Source: Mantamonas sphyraenae STR306 (lineage: Eukaryota > Protista > CRuMs). Taken from it: a stretch of DNA of 64,000 bases. The notes under the pieces are model-generated. The model was not told the DNA's origin. It saw nothing but the letters and a program-made list of their open reading frames with translations, and made no database searches. Positions 60,261 to 64,000 of the stretch are shown here, piece after piece (position 1 is the first letter of the stretch; the number at the start of each line of letters is the position of its first letter). The stretch covers positions 248,001 to 312,000 of the forward strand of contig JAPMXV010000059.1 in NCBI GenBank assembly GCA_026936335.1, in the 5' to 3' direction. Made by a program: the position numbers and the translations under genes.

Positions 60261-61809
60261 TCACTTGAGCGGCTCTGCGCTCTCTTCCACAAACAGCAAC
60301 GTCTGCTTGGTGTTGTCGGCCCACTTTGCGATGCGCTCGGTCATGACGGTGATCTGACTCTTGTTGAGCACGCGTGGCTGAATCCAGGTGATGTGCACGG
60401 TCTGGTCAACCTCGTCGATGACACCCTTGATGAGCTTGAGGGACAAGGCGCGCATGAGCAGCCACTCGACGTCGCTGACGCCCTGCTGGGTGGTGTCTGC
60501 AATCTCGGCAAAGCTGAGCAGCCACTGGGAACGGTCGCGCTGGAAGACGAGCTCCAGCAAGGCCAGCAGGAGAATCTTTTCGCGCAGTGCGTCCAATGAG
60601 CCTCCTGCCGCCAGTCCCTGTGCGTGATCGTCCAGCATCCCCTTGAGCGAGTCGGTGAGCGAGTCAAACTGTTCGATGTTGCCCGCGTTGAATGCCTTGA
60701 GGGCGTCGACCAGCCAGCTGTTTTCTGTGTCTGCAAGGGTGTCCAGCACGGGGTGCAGCAGCAGCTCACCAAAGTTGTAGATGGAATCCGAGACGAGGGC
60801 GGCCACGGCCAGGTCGCGTGCGATCTCCTGGTGGCGGTGCAGCGGCATTCCCTCCAGATCGACAAACGCAAGGTACAGGAGCGAGTCACGGTAAAACTGC
60901 GACGGCTTGCCCACATGCCGGTAGTACTTGGAGCTTGTGAGGTAAAAGTTGGCCGAGATGGCGTTGTCCACTCCGCTCGACGACTGCACAAACTTGCGGC
61001 AGTCATCCAAAGCGTTGCGGCATCCAGCTGCGTCGTCCAGCTCGAGCTGCGGGGAGGCGTGTGACGCGTGATAGCCAGATGTGGCGGTGCGGGGTGGCGG
61101 GTAAGCGGCCGGGCAGGAGCGGTGGAGCGGTGAGAGTGGGGGGATGGCGTGCGGGAGGGCAAGAGCTCACCTTGAGCTGAGCCAGCTGCATGTCCAGGAA
61201 CAGGAACGGCTGCCTTTTGTCTGCCACCTTGTCCTGTACGTTGGTCAGGAAGGCAATGGCCTCGTTGGTGTCCTCTGGTGGTGTGGCGGCGTGCCGTAAG
61301 AGCGCGTGTGCGGAAGGAGTGTCAGCGTCGACGGAACCCGCCAATTCCGGCGGCTCTCCTGCTCTGCCGTGCCGCACGTCCCGTGTTTGCTACACTCACC
61401 ATACTGCTTGGACACGGGCACTGTGATCTGTGCCAGGCTGAGCTTGTTGATGTTCTTCTCAAAGTTGGACACAAAGCCATTGTACAGGTCGATGAGATCG
61501 GTGCCGCTCTCAAACTGCTCGCGCTGCACGTACTCTAGCAGCTGCACCGTCAGCTGGTGGTACTGCCTGTTGCCATCCGTGTGCCACAAGGCAAGTTGGC
61601 GCACGTGCGTTGCGTGGCCCACGCATGCCATGGTGCGTGTGTAGCGTGCGTGTGGGAGGAGTGTTGCTGTGTGAGCCAAAAATGCCGCCTTCCATTCACT
61701 TTCCAACTCGCTCGCGTTTCACGCACTTGTTCTGGAACAGCTCGCCCATCTCGCGGAGCAACTCTTCATCCTCGGGAAACTTTGTGGCGAGTTCATTCAG
61801 GACGTCCAT
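60261..61809 (-). CDS. PSMD13: 26S proteasome lid subunit RPN9 (multi-exon)
   Basis: YHQLT, LYNGFVSNFEKNINKLSL, FYRDSLLYL, IYNFGELLLHPVL, LLMRALSLKLIKGVIDEV...WIQPRVL (PCI domain). Confidence 0.96.
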
Positions 61810-61884
61810 GGCGGTTCGGGTTGCTGCAGGATGTGCTGTGTGCAATCGGGCAGGGCGAACGTCCGCTCACTCACGCACACAGGC

Positions 61885-63528
61885 CTACTCTGCCATGCAG
61901 ACCGTCTTCATCTCGGTGTAAAAGTCGATGGAGTAGTCTCCACCTTCGCGGCCGACGCCGCTAGCCTTGACGCCGCCAAAGGGCACTCGCAGATCGCGCA
62001 TCATCCACGTGTTGATCCAAACCGTGCCCGTGTGCAGCGAAGCCGCGACACGGTTGGCACGACGGATGTTTTCTGTCCACACAGTGGCACTCAGGCCGTA
62101 CTTGACGTCGTTGGCCATCTCGAGCGCCTCCTCTTCGGTGTCAAACGGCACTACGGTCACGACGGGCCCAAAGATCTCGTTCTGACACACAGGATCGCTG
62201 TTGGACAGACCAGTGATAATGGTAGGCGCCACAAAGTAGCCCTCTGCAAGCTCGCCGTCCAGGAGGACGCGTTCGCCGCCGCACTCCACGGTGCCCCCGT
62301 TCTCCTTGGCCATTTCGATGAACGAAAGCACCTTTTCCATGTGCGGTTTGCTGTTGAGCGCACCCACCTTGGTCTCTGGGTCCTTGGGATCGCCCACCGT
62401 CCACGACTGGGCACCCTTGACAAACGCAGCCAGAAAGTCGTCGTAGATGTCGCGTTGCACAAAGATGCGCGAGCCACACAGGCAAATCTCACCCTGGTTG
62501 GTGAATGAGGAGCGCAGCGTGGTGGCCACGGCCTTGTCAAAGTCGCAGTCGGCAAAGATGAGGTTGGGATTCTTGCCGCCCAGCTCCAGGCTCAATTTCT
62601 TGAAGTTCTTGGCCGAGTCGCGGATGATATGTTCCGCCGTGGCCGTGCCTCCCGTAAAGGAGATGAGCGGCACGTCCGGGTGCTGGACCATGGCAGCACC
62701 GGCCTTTGCGCCGAGACCCATGACGATGTTGCACGCGCCGGGCGGCAGCTCGCTTTCCTGAAGCACCTCGGCCAACAGGTGGGCAGTCAGCGACGTGAGT
62801 TCAGAAGGCTTCCACACCACCGTGTTCCCGGCTGCAATAGTGGAGTGGTTCGTGTGAGCAAGGCGTTGCGGTTTTTCGGGAGGGGTGTGTGGGTTTCCGC
62901 CGACGTACTGGCCAGTGCAGGAGCAATCTTCCATGTGCCCAGATACAAAGGGAGGCTGGGAAGGTATGTGGGGGGCACGGTGGCGTGCACAAAGGGTGGG
63001 GGAGTGGTGGGGTGGTGGGGTGTCAGCACGGGGCCGCTTGACGTGCAACGCACGCAGCGCTTACTTCCACGGAGAGATGAGGCCAGCCACACCGACAGGA
63101 TGGCGCGTGACGTAGTTGATGGCCTTGCCCTCAAGGACGGTGCACGGGGTTTCTGTGTGCAGGATGGCAGTGGCAAAGAAGCGAAAGTTGTACACGGCTC
63201 GAGGGATGTCCACCTGCTTGGCCAGCCACACGGGCTTGCCCTGGTCCTTGCTTTCGGCCTCGGCAAACTCGTCGAGGCGCTCCTCGATGCGACTGGCAAT
63301 GTCAAGCAGGATGCGCGAACGCTCCTCCTTGTTGACGGCCGACCACTCCTTGAACGCAGCCTTGGCCGCTTCCACGGCCTTGTCCACGTCCTCCTCACCC
63401 GAGTCGGGCACCAGGCAGAACACTTTGCCTGTGGAAGGGTTGTATCCGTCCAAGTAGTCGCCTCCTAGGGGCGCCACTTGCTCGTTGTTGATGTAGTTCG
63501 CCAGCACTTGCGGTTCCGAACTCGACAT
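61885..63528 (-). CDS. ALDH8A1: 2-aminomuconic semialdehyde dehydrogenase, ALDH8 family (3 exons)
   Basis: ESKDQGKP, DIPRAVYNFRFFA, SPWN|LPLYLGTWKIAPALA, ISFTGGT, LSLELGGKNP, NQGEICLCGSRIFVQ, PFGGVKASGVGREG. Introns 63064-62956 and 62908-62832. Confidence 0.93.
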
Positions 63529-63538
63529 GGTGGGGATA

Positions 63539-63556
63539 GATTGGCGCGATTGGCGC
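63539..63556 (-). promoter_or_regulatory. Tandem CCAAT boxes (GCGCCAATCGCGCCAATC) just upstream of the ALDH8A1 ATG
   Basis: Direct repeat containing CCAATC twice. CCAATC/GATTGG also occurs in other short promoter gaps (~10610, ~12266, ~14177). Function is inferred. Confidence 0.4.
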
Positions 63557-64000
63557 TGGGCACGTTTCACAGTCATTGCCATGTGGTGCATGATGTGGAG
63601 AGATGGAGAGAGAGAGAGAGAGCTGGGCACAGGGCCATACCTTGCGCTGGGGCAGGCATTGTTTTCGGTTCACAAAAACGCACGTGAAGGTTGGTTTGCC
63701 TTTTTGCCGTTGTTCCCACACCCTCGACGTTGTGGATGTCCCTCCCTTGTGTGTGATCTTTCTCCGTGTGCATGTAGGCATTGGCATGCTGTTTGGTACG
63801 GTGGGTACTGCTCTCCGTGGGCAACGCGTGCCGCCGTGTAGCCAGAGGGTTCAAAATGGAAAGACATTCCCAGGAACCGGAGCGCGGGCCATCGCCGGCA
63901 ACGAAGGCATGCTGGATCAACAGTGTCTGCGTGCATGGTATTATATACATGAAACACAGCGTTCCGGTGGTCGCCGTCGCCCTTGGCCATCCTTGTAGCC

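Noticed and set aside
63573-64000. Short ORFs at the right edge
   Set aside because: They show no recognisable motifs or consistent codon bias. The region may be promoter or part of a gene beyond the window.
1-64000. tRNA, rRNA or mobile-element genes, and a specific species assignment
   Set aside because: None is recognisable. Gene content suggests a free-living heterotrophic protist, but the lineage cannot be fixed without a search.

Overview
This is eukaryotic nuclear DNA from a very compact, GC-rich protist-type genome, not a prokaryote. It has GT-AG introns (mostly ~75-200 nt, CTGAC/CTAAC branch points) and uses the standard code. I reconstruct about 29 protein genes covering nearly the whole window, with intergenic gaps mostly 4-110 bp. 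Recognisable genes: CDKN3-like phosphatase, ferric reductase, SMAP-type ArfGAP, ACMSD, a spliced COX7A-like micro-protein, MED24-like, AP-5 mu, LTV1, UTP4, a UFD1-like/zinc-finger protein, NDUFV1, Tat-SF1, EB1, VPS10/sortilin, NAT10, THADA/Trm732, kynureninase, PAQR, RPC8, RPN9, ALDH8A1 and three PB1-coiled-coil paralogues. Main findings: (1) MED24-like and AP5M1 are divergent genes whose start codons overlap in one CATG (22202-22205). (2) Three kynurenine-pathway enzymes (ACMSD, KYNU, ALDH8A1) are linked. (3) The PB1 triplet includes an inverted, patchily homogenised pair, and all three introns share a position-fixed motif, CCGCAAACGC. (4) G/C strand skew forms domains that ignore gene orientation. 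(5) About 10 frame breaks occur, mostly at short repeats, and are most likely assembly errors. All family calls come from recalled motifs, not database searches.
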